Virus record (IMG/VR): IMGVR_UViG_3300002301_000039
Span: 1-37,767 of that record
Length of the DNA stretch: 37,767 bases
Reading direction: 5' to 3' (one strand)
DNA from: a virus
Taxonomy: Duplodnaviria > Caudoviricetes
The notes beneath the pieces are model-generated. The model did not search any database. It had not been told where the DNA came from and saw nothing but the letters and a program-made list of their open reading frames with translations. A program made the translations under genes and the position numbers. Of the stretch, positions 26,786-35,435 are shown piece after piece. The number at the start of each line of letters is the position of its first letter. Position 1 is the stretch's first letter.

Positions 26786-28096
26786 TTACGGTGTCCCATT
26801 TGCTTTGGGCCACTTACGTTTTTCCAGACGACCTAGTCCGGAGCCAGACCCAAATTCAGTTTCCTGATATTTGGGCATTCCTACGCGACCGCCCTTTTTG
26901 AACGGTCCACCACCGCCGCCCGGAGGCATTGGAGGCATTCCTTGTGGTGGCATACCCTGAGGAGGCATACCGCCCATTGGAGGCATTCCCTGTGGAGGCA
27001 TTGGAGGCATTACTGGCGGGACAGGAGGCTGACCCATTCCAACACCAGCACCCAAAGGCTGCTGCCCTTGTCCGGACTGCGGCGAAATAATGATGTTAAC
27101 ATTGGTTTTGCCAGCCTTAGTACGTCCACCAGTAGCGCGTTGCACACGGCCACCTTTATTAAACATGCCATTTGGTCCCTGTGCCAATGGAGCCTGTGTC
27201 ATTGGGTTGCTCTGATAAATTGGAGCAGGACCCATTTGAGCAGGAGCCTGAGGCATATTACCCATTGCACCGGGATTCATATGCATATGAGTCGGGTCCC
27301 AAGCCTGTTTTTGACCGAAACCTTGACCAACAGCACCGGGATTCATGTGCATGTGGGTTGGGTCCCAAGCCTGACCCTGCGCACCCATGTTCATCATTGG
27401 GTTCTGCGAGGTGATTGGACCGCCGCCATACTTATGCGAACGATGCTTCAACGCAGAAGGTTTAACTTCCTTGCGAATCAATGCACGGTCTTCTGCTTCA
27501 TCTTCATGGTGATGATGAGCGCGACCGCCCTTTTTCATTGGGGACAATGCGCCAATCGGAGCCTTAATGTCGCGTGGAACGCCAAAACCTTTAGGAATAG
27601 CCGCAGACATTCCTTCTTTTTTCTTACGCGAAACCAATGCGCCAACAATCTTTTTGCGCTGAGATGGAGTTGCACCAATCATACCACCACGGGCGTTTGT
27701 CGAACGTGCAGTTCCCGCATCCGGCGTATCATCAGGGTGTTCTTGGTTATACAAATAAGACTGTTGGGCTTTTGTTAATTTGTATGGATATGGATCATAA
27801 TTATCATCATCCCGCCGTGGTGGAACAGGAATTGGGCCGCCATTAGTTTTATGCAAACGGGGTTTTTTGCCAAGATGATGTTTGGCTTTTTCGCCTTCAA
27901 CGTGCGCAACTTTGCCGCCACGTTTAAACTTTGATTTCGTAATCGGCATTTTTCCAGCGTTGCCGCTGTCCAAACCCGGCTCACCATCCCACGAATTAAA
28001 ACCATCGAAGGTAGGAGTCTTGTGTTCTTTGTTAAGTCCCATCCGCTTCATCTTGGCGGAAGAGGCCGACTTGGCTTCGCTCTTGTAGTGCGTCAT
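26786..28096 (-). CDS. Disordered K/G/P/M/H-rich protein with eight xxxGG motifs (probable internal head cargo, 436 aa)
   Basis: GGAG SD before the ATG at 28096 (MTHYKS); FKRGG, KTNGG, NARGG, MKKGG, KYGGG, FNKGG, RATGG, FKKGG; PPQGM repeats. Confidence 0.8.
   Translation of the reverse strand: MTHYKSEAKSASSAKMKRMGLNKEHKTPTFDGFNSWDGEPGLDSGNAGKMPITKSKFKRGGKVAHVEGEKAKHHLGKKPRLHKTNGGPIPVPPRRDDDNYDPYPYKLTKAQQSYLYNQEHPDDTPDAGTARSTNARGGMIGATPSQRKKIVGALVSRKKKEGMSAAIPKGFGVPRDIKAPIGALSPMKKGGRAHHHHEDEAEDRALIRKEVKPSALKHRSHKYGGGPITSQNPMMNMGAQGQAWDPTHMHMNPGAVGQGFGQKQAWDPTHMHMNPGAMGNMPQAPAQMGPAPIYQSNPMTQAPLAQGPNGMFNKGGRVQRATGGRTKAGKTNVNIIISPQSGQGQQPLGAGVGMGQPPVPPVMPPMPPQGMPPMGGMPPQGMPPQGMPPMPPGGGGGPFKKGGRVGMPKYQETEFGSGSGLGRLEKRKWPKANGTP
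27267..27373. repeat. Two-copy coding repeat QAWDPTHMHMNPGA (period 66 nt)
   Basis: The two copies differ only at synonymous positions over 14 codons. Confidence 0.9.
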
Positions 28097-28126
28097 CTGC
28101 TTGCTCCGTGCTGCGTCCAGCATCAA

Positions 28127-30430
28127 TTAGGAATTGTCTTTCAATTCCTTAACCTCAGGTTTTACTATTTGTTCAGCCTGAGAAGCGTTCTCTGGATGAA
28201 CTGCAATTTCACGGGCAAGCTGTAACATAGCTATCCGTTCTTTGCTTTCTCTGTCTTTAGCACGGTTCTGAGCATCAGCCGCTGAGTCTACTTCCTTAAC
28301 CTTAACTTCTGCCATTTTTGCTTGTGCGTCAACCATTTTTGCTTGCGCCATGATCATCTCAGGGTCATGGAAGCCTGATGGAGCCTGTTCGCCTCTGGCA
28401 ATACGTTCCTTACTGGCGCGATCTTCATTGTTGTGATGAATATCCGCCAAGGCCTCAACTTTTTTAATCTTGACTTCTTCTTGCCGACTTTGCGCATCCA
28501 TCATCTTGGCTTGCGCAACAATCATCATTGGATCAGGAGGCGCAGCTTGAGGCGGCATTGGAGGATTGAACAAGTCCATCGCATCTTCAATACCAAGCAT
28601 CGTAAGAATACGTTCATCCACTTTACGTGGGTCATACAATTCAGGATTAGCCTGTTGAAGCTGTTTAATTGCCATAGCTTTTTGAATACGAACTGCCTGA
28701 GATGGCGTATTCGGGTCAGCTACAGGGACAAGGTTGATGTTGTCCAATGCGTTTTGCAGCGTTTCAGGCGTCCATTGATATGCTGGATACTTATTATTTT
28801 CCCAGAATGCTTCTGGGCATTCACGGAACAAGTCTTTCAGCAGGTTAAACTCACGGGCCTGAGCCGCATGCATGCGCTTATGAACCGCAGAGATGACCTT
28901 CTGGGCCTGTTCAATCAACGCAATGGTTGTACCTACCGGAGCTTCAGCATTGCCCTCACCGACGTTCGTTTCCGTTGTGGAGGCCAAACGCTGACCGCTG
29001 GCTTCCATTAATTGGATAAGGTTCAGGAACTGACCGTCCACGCTACGATAAGGCAATGGCATAACGGCAGACTGAATTGGACCGCCAGCCGTATCAATTG
29101 GCATGCCGCCACCCGGAGGAATGCGGAATTCATTGGTATTCTGCCGCCCAGCCTGTTTTGCATACAAAAATCCGGGGAAGTTTGCAAACATCCCGTTATC
29201 AATGCACATACGCCAGCCAGCCGTAAGCGCCATTGTGGTGTTACCCACAAGGTGAAGCAGCCCCAAACCGTAAAAACCGAAGCCGGGTACAAATATAAAA
29301 TCAACAAAGACTTGGCGACGGAGGCACTGTTCATCATCTTCTTTCCACCAACGGCGTATTTCCAAAATTTCCGTTGAGGTCTTATCAATCGTTACGCGGT
29401 ATGGAAGTTGAAGCCCTGTTGGCCCTTCATCGTCTTCGTGTTCAAATCCCGGAATGTCCAATTCACAGTAACATTCGTAGATTTCACGGAGTTGGTTGTC
29501 CGTACTTGCAAGATTATTTGGTATCACACCCTGCATTTGTTGGATTTTCTCTTCCACCACGTTCATTTTGGGTGGTTGAGCGCTGGAAAGAGGCACATCA
29601 CGGTACATTCCCACCAATTGCAACCTTTTCAGGGTGCTTGGCGGCATTTTAATCACATGAGTAATGCGCTGCGCAGTCGTAGCGGTTGTTTCAGCATTGG
29701 AGATAATGATCTCAGGGATGCTGACAAACTCCGATACCGGACGACGACGAATCGGGCAGTAGTAAACCTTCTTAAAGGTAGTGCCGCCAAAACCCAACGC
29801 AAAGAACATACGTTCCGTATCCGGATAATATTCCGATGCGGTCGTTGTAAGATAATGGTTAAAATCCCGCTCAAACGCCGCAGCCTGTGCGTCAATGTTA
29901 GCACTGCTTAAACCGTCGTTCCGAATTTTTACGGGGCCTCCAGAAGGCAGCAATTCGCCACGCGCATTGGCTTGGAACCGTACAATTGACTCCAAAAGCA
30001 ACGGATGGCGGACAGTTGCTTGCCCTTCCACCGCCGTAGAACCATCAGAAGCGTTGGAACGTGGCTGTTCAATCTTGGTTCCCAGCAAATCAAGACCAGC
30101 TTTATACTGTTCCAACAATTCAGCGCGGGATTCATTGTCCTGTTCAATCAAACGGATAAGATCTGACGAAATCATCCCAAGCGTTGACGGATTAATCCGT
30201 TTCGCAAGGTTTTCGTGAAAATCATCGTCGCTATTATCCGTTTGTTCTGGCGCACCAAAACTAATGGTTACGGAACCATCCGGAAGTTCCACCTTAACAT
30301 AAGGAGACTTTGGATTTACTTCCGTTTTGAGATTGCCCTCAGCCGACATATCCATGTCGATTGCGCCAAAATCGTCCGGAGTACTACCCAAGACGGGGGT
30401 CTGCCGTATGTTCATAGGGGCTAATGGCAT
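28127..30430 (-). CDS. Portal protein (P22-like, with C-terminal helical barrel)
   Basis: 767 aa directly after TerL; HPLLLE, FKKVYY, PGFGFYGLGL and APVGTT motifs; Q/A/K-rich helical C-terminus. Confidence 0.88.
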   Translation of the reverse strand: MPLAPMNIRQTPVLGSTPDDFGAIDMDMSAEGNLKTEVNPKSPYVKVELPDGSVTISFGAPEQTDNSDDDFHENLAKRINPSTLGMISSDLIRLIEQDNESRAELLEQYKAGLDLLGTKIEQPRSNASDGSTAVEGQATVRHPLLLESIVRFQANARGELLPSGGPVKIRNDGLSSANIDAQAAAFERDFNHYLTTTASEYYPDTERMFFALGFGGTTFKKVYYCPIRRRPVSEFVSIPEIIISNAETTATTAQRITHVIKMPPSTLKRLQLVGMYRDVPLSSAQPPKMNVVEEKIQQMQGVIPNNLASTDNQLREIYECYCELDIPGFEHEDDEGPTGLQLPYRVTIDKTSTEILEIRRWWKEDDEQCLRRQVFVDFIFVPGFGFYGLGLLHLVGNTTMALTAGWRMCIDNGMFANFPGFLYAKQAGRQNTNEFRIPPGGGMPIDTAGGPIQSAVMPLPYRSVDGQFLNLIQLMEASGQRLASTTETNVGEGNAEAPVGTTIALIEQAQKVISAVHKRMHAAQAREFNLLKDLFRECPEAFWENNKYPAYQWTPETLQNALDNINLVPVADPNTPSQAVRIQKAMAIKQLQQANPELYDPRKVDERILTMLGIEDAMDLFNPPMPPQAAPPDPMMIVAQAKMMDAQSRQEEVKIKKVEALADIHHNNEDRASKERIARGEQAPSGFHDPEMIMAQAKMVDAQAKMAEVKVKEVDSAADAQNRAKDRESKERIAMLQLAREIAVHPENASQAEQIVKPEVKELKDNS

Positions 30431-30433
30431 GGG

Positions 30434-32047
30434 CTACACCGGGTAAAGTTGCGAAATCTTTGATGACTTATATAGCATAGATTCAGTTTTTTCAGCTACT
30501 ATTTCTACAGGTTTACGCGCAAAACCAATAACACGCAAATGTGACAATGCTTGGGTCATACTATCAACTAAGTCATCATGTGCGCCGCGTGGGAAAGATT
30601 CTGCCTGATCAATGACTTTTTCAGCCCATTCATAGTCCGGAGCGTAGATCATTCCTTCCGCAAACAAATGCTGAATAGCATAAGTACGGGCTACTTTGTC
30701 GCCTCTGCCGGGGTCTACAAGCTGAATACCCCAGTTTTCACGGGCAAAATGGTTCCTTAGTTCCTGCGCAACAGACAAACCAGCCGCCTTGGACTCAATT
30801 AAAAGTTTATCCAACTTAAATTCATTGGACAGTTTGAGTACTTTTTTGACCAATTCCGGAAATTCCAGACGATCTTGCCACGCATAAATAAGCATAATGC
30901 GCTGGTTATCGTCTCTGTCGTGCCAAATTCCCCATATCGTTAAGGCGGAGTAATCATTTTCCTGTTTGGTTGTATAGGCTGTATCCAATGAACCAATGAC
31001 GTATTCAAAAGGAGGGAACACGGTTTTACGAAGACCTTGCGCACCCGCAATGGTTTCATCCCACAGCCGCCACCATTCGCGTTTGATAATACCGCCGCCT
31101 TTCGGCTTTGGCCGTTGTTGAAGCTGTCCAGCCGCCGCAAATGGCCCAAGGCTTGTTTCAAGGTTTTTGACTTCATCCTCGCCAAAGCGCCCTTCAACCA
31201 GCAACTCGCCTTCTTCGCGGTCATCAACAAACCATTGCGTGATACATTGGCGGTCGCGTTCAAAACGCATTGGAAGGCAGAGGTGAACCCAGTTTCCCGT
31301 GTCTTTGGATAAAACATGGCCCGTAAGATCGGATTCATGGAGCCGCTGCATAATAACGACATATGCGCCGGTCTTAGGATCGTTAAGACGGGTGGACATG
31401 GATTGATCCCACCACTCCAATGTCCCTTGGCGGACAAGATCGGATTCCACTTCATTAGCGTTGTGCGGATCGTCAACCACAATAATGGAGCCGCCTTCAC
31501 CCGTCAGAGCGCCATCGACCGATGTTGCTAAGCGGTATCCGCCTTTTGAATTATCAAAACGAACTTTCGTGTTCTGGTCGGATGTAATTTGGTATTTGTC
31601 TCCCCAGTACTTTTGATACCAAGGGCTTTCCAGTAGTCGGCGGGTTTTGATGCTGTCGCGGATGGAAAGAGATTGGGCGTAGGAAGCATACAGGAATTGA
31701 ACATGCGGACCGGACAATGGCCCCGTTTCAGACTGTGACCAAGTCCATGCGGGAAAGCATACGGACACCATGGAGGACTTTGATGTGCGGGGAGGGACGT
31801 TGATAACCAATCGGCGGATTTCGCCTCTGGTGACCGCTTGTAAGTGTTCCGCAATCGCTTCCAGATGCCAACCGTACTGGTAAGGGTTCGGATCAATGTA
31901 TTTCCATGCCCCCGCGACAAAATCCACCATTTTTTCTTCAAAATTAAGCCTTTCCAATTCCCGGACAGCGTCCTGAGGATATTGATCAATTGCTTCTTCT
32001 AAGGTTTTTGCCCGCAGGATAGGGCTACTCGTCGGTTTCATTTTCAT
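30434..32047 (-). CDS. terL: Terminase large subunit
   Basis: Walker A VPPRTSKS, Walker B IIVVDD, motif IMQRLH, nuclease SLDTA/DYSA/HDDLVDS; start moved to the ATG at 32047 (GAAGGTGA SD). Confidence 0.95.
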   Translation of the reverse strand: MKMKPTSSPILRAKTLEEAIDQYPQDAVRELERLNFEEKMVDFVAGAWKYIDPNPYQYGWHLEAIAEHLQAVTRGEIRRLVINVPPRTSKSSMVSVCFPAWTWSQSETGPLSGPHVQFLYASYAQSLSIRDSIKTRRLLESPWYQKYWGDKYQITSDQNTKVRFDNSKGGYRLATSVDGALTGEGGSIIVVDDPHNANEVESDLVRQGTLEWWDQSMSTRLNDPKTGAYVVIMQRLHESDLTGHVLSKDTGNWVHLCLPMRFERDRQCITQWFVDDREEGELLVEGRFGEDEVKNLETSLGPFAAAGQLQQRPKPKGGGIIKREWWRLWDETIAGAQGLRKTVFPPFEYVIGSLDTAYTTKQENDYSALTIWGIWHDRDDNQRIMLIYAWQDRLEFPELVKKVLKLSNEFKLDKLLIESKAAGLSVAQELRNHFARENWGIQLVDPGRGDKVARTYAIQHLFAEGMIYAPDYEWAEKVIDQAESFPRGAHDDLVDSMTQALSHLRVIGFARKPVEIVAEKTESMLYKSSKISQLYPV

Positions 32048-32534
32048 AAACTTCACCTTCAATAATCTGTGGGCCGCCAATTTTGGTCTTTACGCGGTTC
32101 ATAAGGTGAATGCGTTCTTCATAAGATAGGTCGCCAAAGTTGAAAACAACACTTGGGCGGGAAAATTCTTGCGAATCCGGCTTATCTTTCCACCCCATAC
32201 GGGCGCGGGTCAGGTAAATACCCGCATTAATGGAGGACGGAGTGTCTTTCAGGGCTTGCTGGTAAAGGTTTTCAACAACAAGAGCATCAGCAATCTGCCG
32301 CCCGTTTTTAATTTCATGGCCGTATTCCCGCGTAAGCCACGCACGGGATACCCCGACAATGTCTGCGATTTCGTCTATTGTATTGCCCCGTTTAGCGAGG
32401 CCCATGACGGTGCGGCGCACCATATCATCATCAGGAATCTTTCTTTTGCGACCTCGTTTTGGCCCCGCCCCTTTGGGATTTGTTTCGGTTATTTCAGTCG
32501 GGACGACGCGGTTTTTGTTCTTGATCGCTTTCAT
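32025..32534 (-). CDS. terS: Terminase small subunit
   Basis: HTH TIDEIADIVGVSRAWL, VVENLYQQA, IYLTRARMGWKD; overlaps the TerL start; AAGGAG SD. Confidence 0.8.
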   Translation of the reverse strand: MKAIKNKNRVVPTEITETNPKGAGPKRGRKRKIPDDDMVRRTVMGLAKRGNTIDEIADIVGVSRAWLTREYGHEIKNGRQIADALVVENLYQQALKDTPSSINAGIYLTRARMGWKDKPDSQEFSRPSVVFNFGDLSYEERIHLMNRVKTKIGGPQIIEGEVYENETDE

Positions 32535-32551
32535 TACTCGGCTCCTTTGCG

Positions 32552-32584
32552 TTGACTATATCGCAAAAGTTGATAATAATGCAA
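32552..32584. promoter_or_regulatory. Overlapping divergent promoters between terS and the accessory operon
   Basis: Plus strand TTGACT-N17-AATAAT (32552-32580); minus strand TTGCAT-N18-TATAGT (32584-32555). Confidence 0.55.
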
Positions 32585-32601
32585 GTACCTGAGGCGCTCT
32601 T

Positions 32602-33111
32602 ATGAAAGGTGCATCCATGCGTGATGAACATCCAAAAATTGTCGGGTTGAGTGATTTAAGAAATTATGGCAACGCAGACGGCTATGATCCTTGGTCTGTC
32701 GCGATAAAGATTGAAAGTGAAAAAAACTGGCTTTGGCGGGCATTATATTGGGCATCTGGCCGCCTATCATTGGCACGGGCGGTTATTGAACTGCGCCGCG
32801 AAGTCCATAAACTTCGTCATACGCGGTTGGCGGGGCTTCGGGAAAGCGATCAAGCGGGGGCTTTGGGCTTGCAGCTATACGCTGAAAATGAAGCGTTGAA
32901 AGATCAGGTTGAAGAATTAACCGCCAGATTAAAGCCCAAAGAATACAAGGATTCCATCAAGTTTCATAAAGATCAAAGGCGTGAAGCAAAAACCCAATGC
33001 GAAATATGGCGGCGGAAGTTTGAAACTTTGGAAAAAACACACAATCGTTTGATCGCTGATTACGAAGTGTGTCTAGAAAAGTTTTTTAAGGATGAAACTA
33101 ATGCTGGATAA
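32602..33111 (+). CDS. Hypothetical coiled-coil protein (start may be 32617)
   Basis: 169-aa ORF, first gene of the plus-strand operon. Confidence 0.7.
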   Translation: MKGASMRDEHPKIVGLSDLRNYGNADGYDPWSVAIKIESEKNWLWRALYWASGRLSLARAVIELRREVHKLRHTRLAGLRESDQAGALGLQLYAENEALKDQVEELTARLKPKEYKDSIKFHKDQRREAKTQCEIWRRKFETLEKTHNRLIADYEVCLEKFFKDETNAG

Positions 33112-33316
33112 GGTTTGCGATAATTGCAAATGGTTCCGTCCTTGGGCGGGTCCGGACGTTACGGGCAACTGCATGAATCCTTTAAATGACAGGCTGCACA
33201 ACCATTTCAACAATTCTACGGGGGATTACATTTATCATATCCGCCGTGCGTTGGAGGTTGATCCTTCTGAAACTTGTTTTCATTATGCGGAACTAAAAAA
33301 GAAAGCCGCCAAATGA
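33101..33316 (+). CDS. Small Cys-motif protein (CDNC...C...C)
   Basis: AAGGA SD before the ATG at 33101; ATGA overlap with the next gene. Confidence 0.65.
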   Translation: MLDKVCDNCKWFRPWAGPDVTGNCMNPLNDRLHNHFNNSTGDYIYHIRRALEVDPSETCFHYAELKKKAAK

Positions 33317-33693
33317 CAGATAAAAAGGGATGGTTAGGACCGTACCCTCCTAATAGCCGCCATGCGGATAAGGTTACGATTGATGAGATCGTAAGATTGC
33401 GGGCGGAAAATGAACAGTTGCGGGAAACGTTACGGCTTATGCCAAAAACGATTGCTGATGCCGCCGACGAGATTGAACGGTTAAGGAATAAAAATAAAAC
33501 AATGGCCTTAGATCATATCGCATCCGAAGGCGAATGGTGCGATTTAATTGGAGAGAAGTACGATGAAATTAAACGGTTACGGGACGCATTGAGTGATGTG
33601 AATAAGGGTATCAATCAATGGTTACATGATGGGTCTCCTATCAAACGGGCTTTGTTGAAATTAATTGATGATGCTTTGGAAAAGGGGGAGTGA
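33313..33693 (+). CDS. Hypothetical protein with three DEIxRLR repeats
   Basis: Start re-assigned to MTDKKG (ATGA overlap); ends ALEKGE. Confidence 0.7.
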   Translation: MTDKKGWLGPYPPNSRHADKVTIDEIVRLRAENEQLRETLRLMPKTIADAADEIERLRNKNKTMALDHIASEGEWCDLIGEKYDEIKRLRDALSDVNKGINQWLHDGSPIKRALLKLIDDALEKGE

Positions 33694-34145
33694 TGATTTT
33701 ACCAGCGCAGACAATCAGGCAGCTTATGCCGATTCAGCCTTTTCATGAACGAACCGTTGTCAACGGGATGTCGTTTGGCCTGTCACATGCGGGATACGAT
33801 GTACGGATTGCGGAAAACATTACGCTATGGCCAAAGAATTTTTCATTGGCGTCTACGATTGAGGAATTTGATATTCCCAACGATCTGATCGCAATGGTTC
33901 ACGATAAGTCTACATGGGCTAGGCGGGGTCTTTCGTTGTTCAATACGGTGATTGAGCCGGGTTGGAAGGGTTTCCTGACGCTTGAACTTGTAAACAATTC
34001 TGATGAGTTGCTAGTAATTGAGGCGGGTTCACCCATTGCACAGATTGTTTTTATGCGGTTGGAAGAACCTACGGAAAAGCCTTACAGCGGCAAGTATCAG
34101 GATCAGAAGGCTGGGCCACAACCAGCATTGAAGGAGGGTGAGTGA
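33690..34145 (+). CDS. dcd: dCTP deaminase (trimeric dUTPase superfamily)
   Basis: AGYDVR, DKSTWARRGL, VIEPGWKGFLTLEL, IAQIVF, YSGKYQDQ. Confidence 0.9.
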   Translation: MMILPAQTIRQLMPIQPFHERTVVNGMSFGLSHAGYDVRIAENITLWPKNFSLASTIEEFDIPNDLIAMVHDKSTWARRGLSLFNTVIEPGWKGFLTLELVNNSDELLVIEAGSPIAQIVFMRLEEPTEKPYSGKYQDQKAGPQPALKEGE

Positions 34146-34444
34146 TGGATATTGTTGAGCGGTTAGAAAACCTTAAAGGTTTTTTGTATTTTTACGAAGT
34201 TCCTGACAAAGATATGCAATCAATAGACATAGGTAAAATTGCTTCAGACGCCAAAGATGAGATTGAACGGCTGCGAAATGATTTGCGGTTAGTAATCATG
34301 ACTGACAATGAATACTGCAAGGGTCTTGGTGAAGATACTAAGCGGCTGCGGAGAGCATTGGAAAAAATGCAGCGCAGTAGGGATCGGTATCGGCAGGCGT
34401 GGGAAGCAGAGAAAACTCGTGCCGCACTGAAGGAGGAAAAGTAA
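34142..34444 (+). CDS. Hypothetical protein (MDIVERL...DEIERLR type)
   Basis: GTGATG coupling; ends ALKEEK. Confidence 0.7.
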   Translation: MMDIVERLENLKGFLYFYEVPDKDMQSIDIGKIASDAKDEIERLRNDLRLVIMTDNEYCKGLGEDTKRLRRALEKMQRSRDRYRQAWEAEKTRAALKEEK

Positions 34445-34542
34445 TGGAGCCTTGGGAAATCAATGTAATGGTATGGGTTTTTGGGTTTATATGTGGCGGC
34501 GTTTATCGCAGCATTCGCGCTGCTGCTGGGAGGGTTGGATGA
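34444..34542 (+). CDS. Small membrane peptide (32 aa; not in ORF track)
   Basis: MEPWEINVMVWVFGFICGGVYRSIRAAAGRVG; AGGAGG SD, TAATG and ATGA overlaps. Confidence 0.7.
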   Translation: MEPWEINVMVWVFGFICGGVYRSIRAAAGRVG

Positions 34543-34880
34543 TGGGTAGTGCAGAAATACAAGACGAATTTGACGAGTTAAAATACGAGATTGACCGATT
34601 AAAAGAACAAGAAGTCAATTTGCGCGAGCTTCTTTTGACCATGAATTACAAAATGGTTGAGTTACAAGAAGAATACAATAAGCTTTTAAGAAAAACCCAA
34701 AATCGATCAGAAGACAGAATTTGGGTTAAAAATATAAGAATAAAGTTAGGGCTTAATCAAACGAATTTTGCTAAAAAAATCGGCATTTCTCAAACTCATG
34801 TCAGCGATCTTGAAACAGGACGAAAAACATTGACTGGGGCAGTTGTTGGAAAAATACAAGCACTGAAGGAGGGGGAGTGA
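34539..34880 (+). CDS. Coiled-coil plus Cro/C1-type HTH protein (113 aa)
   Basis: IRIKLGLNQTNFAKKIGISQTHVSDLETG XRE-type HTH; GGAGG SD before the ATG at 34539; ends ALKEGE. Confidence 0.8.
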   Translation: MMGSAEIQDEFDELKYEIDRLKEQEVNLRELLLTMNYKMVELQEEYNKLLRKTQNRSEDRIWVKNIRIKLGLNQTNFAKKIGISQTHVSDLETGRKTLTGAVVGKIQALKEGE

Positions 34881-34933
34881 TTTATTACCCTGAATCAGAT
34901 ATGATAGGACGTTGCAACCCTCAGGAGCCTCCA

Positions 34934-35161
34934 ATGTCCTTTTCCGACCTCATCAACAAAGTAGAATCCCTCCTTAACCTCAAAGCCGACTACGAAGCCC
35001 TCAAAGCCGCCTCAGAGGCCAAGATCGTTGAATTGGAAACCAACCTAGCCAAATACGCTGGTGCCCCTTCCAATGACGACGTAGATGCTTTAAACGCCAA
35101 GATCGACAATACGCTCAACCCACCAGCACCAGTCGCTGCGGAAGAGCCAGCCGCCCAGTAA
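34934..35161 (+). CDS. Small acidic coiled-coil protein (75 aa, MSFSDL...)
   Basis: AGGAG SD before the ATG at 34934; strongly C-ending codons suggest high expression. Confidence 0.75.
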   Translation: MSFSDLINKVESLLNLKADYEALKAASEAKIVELETNLAKYAGAPSNDDVDALNAKIDNTLNPPAPVAAEEPAAQ

Positions 35162-35170
35162 TACGTAATT

Positions 35171-35247
<77 letters not shown>

Positions 35248-35404
35248 TGTTGGCCCTGACTGGTTTGTGTTCTGGCTTGGCTTGCGGCTTGTCCGTTTTG
35301 TTAAACACAATGCTACCATGCTGTACGGGGGCATGGTTTAAGACAATGGCAGTGCATTAGTGTGTGCTAACCATAGCCCGTACCAAATGTCTGGGGAGAC
35401 TACC

Positions 35405-35435
35405 AAGCCGTCAGGGGAAACTCTGGCGGCTTTTT
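35405..35435 (+). terminator. Rho-independent terminator closing the plus-strand operon
   Basis: GCCGTCAGGG-GAAA-CTCTGGCGGC-TTTTT. Confidence 0.85.

Noticed and set aside
19905-29011. Long plus-strand ORFs (19905-20651, 21719-22492, 23016-23858, 25342-25875, 26942-27778, 28433-29011)
   Set aside because: These are antisense shadows of codon-biased late genes. They lie on the strand opposite the operon, with no coupling to neighbours or recognisable motifs.
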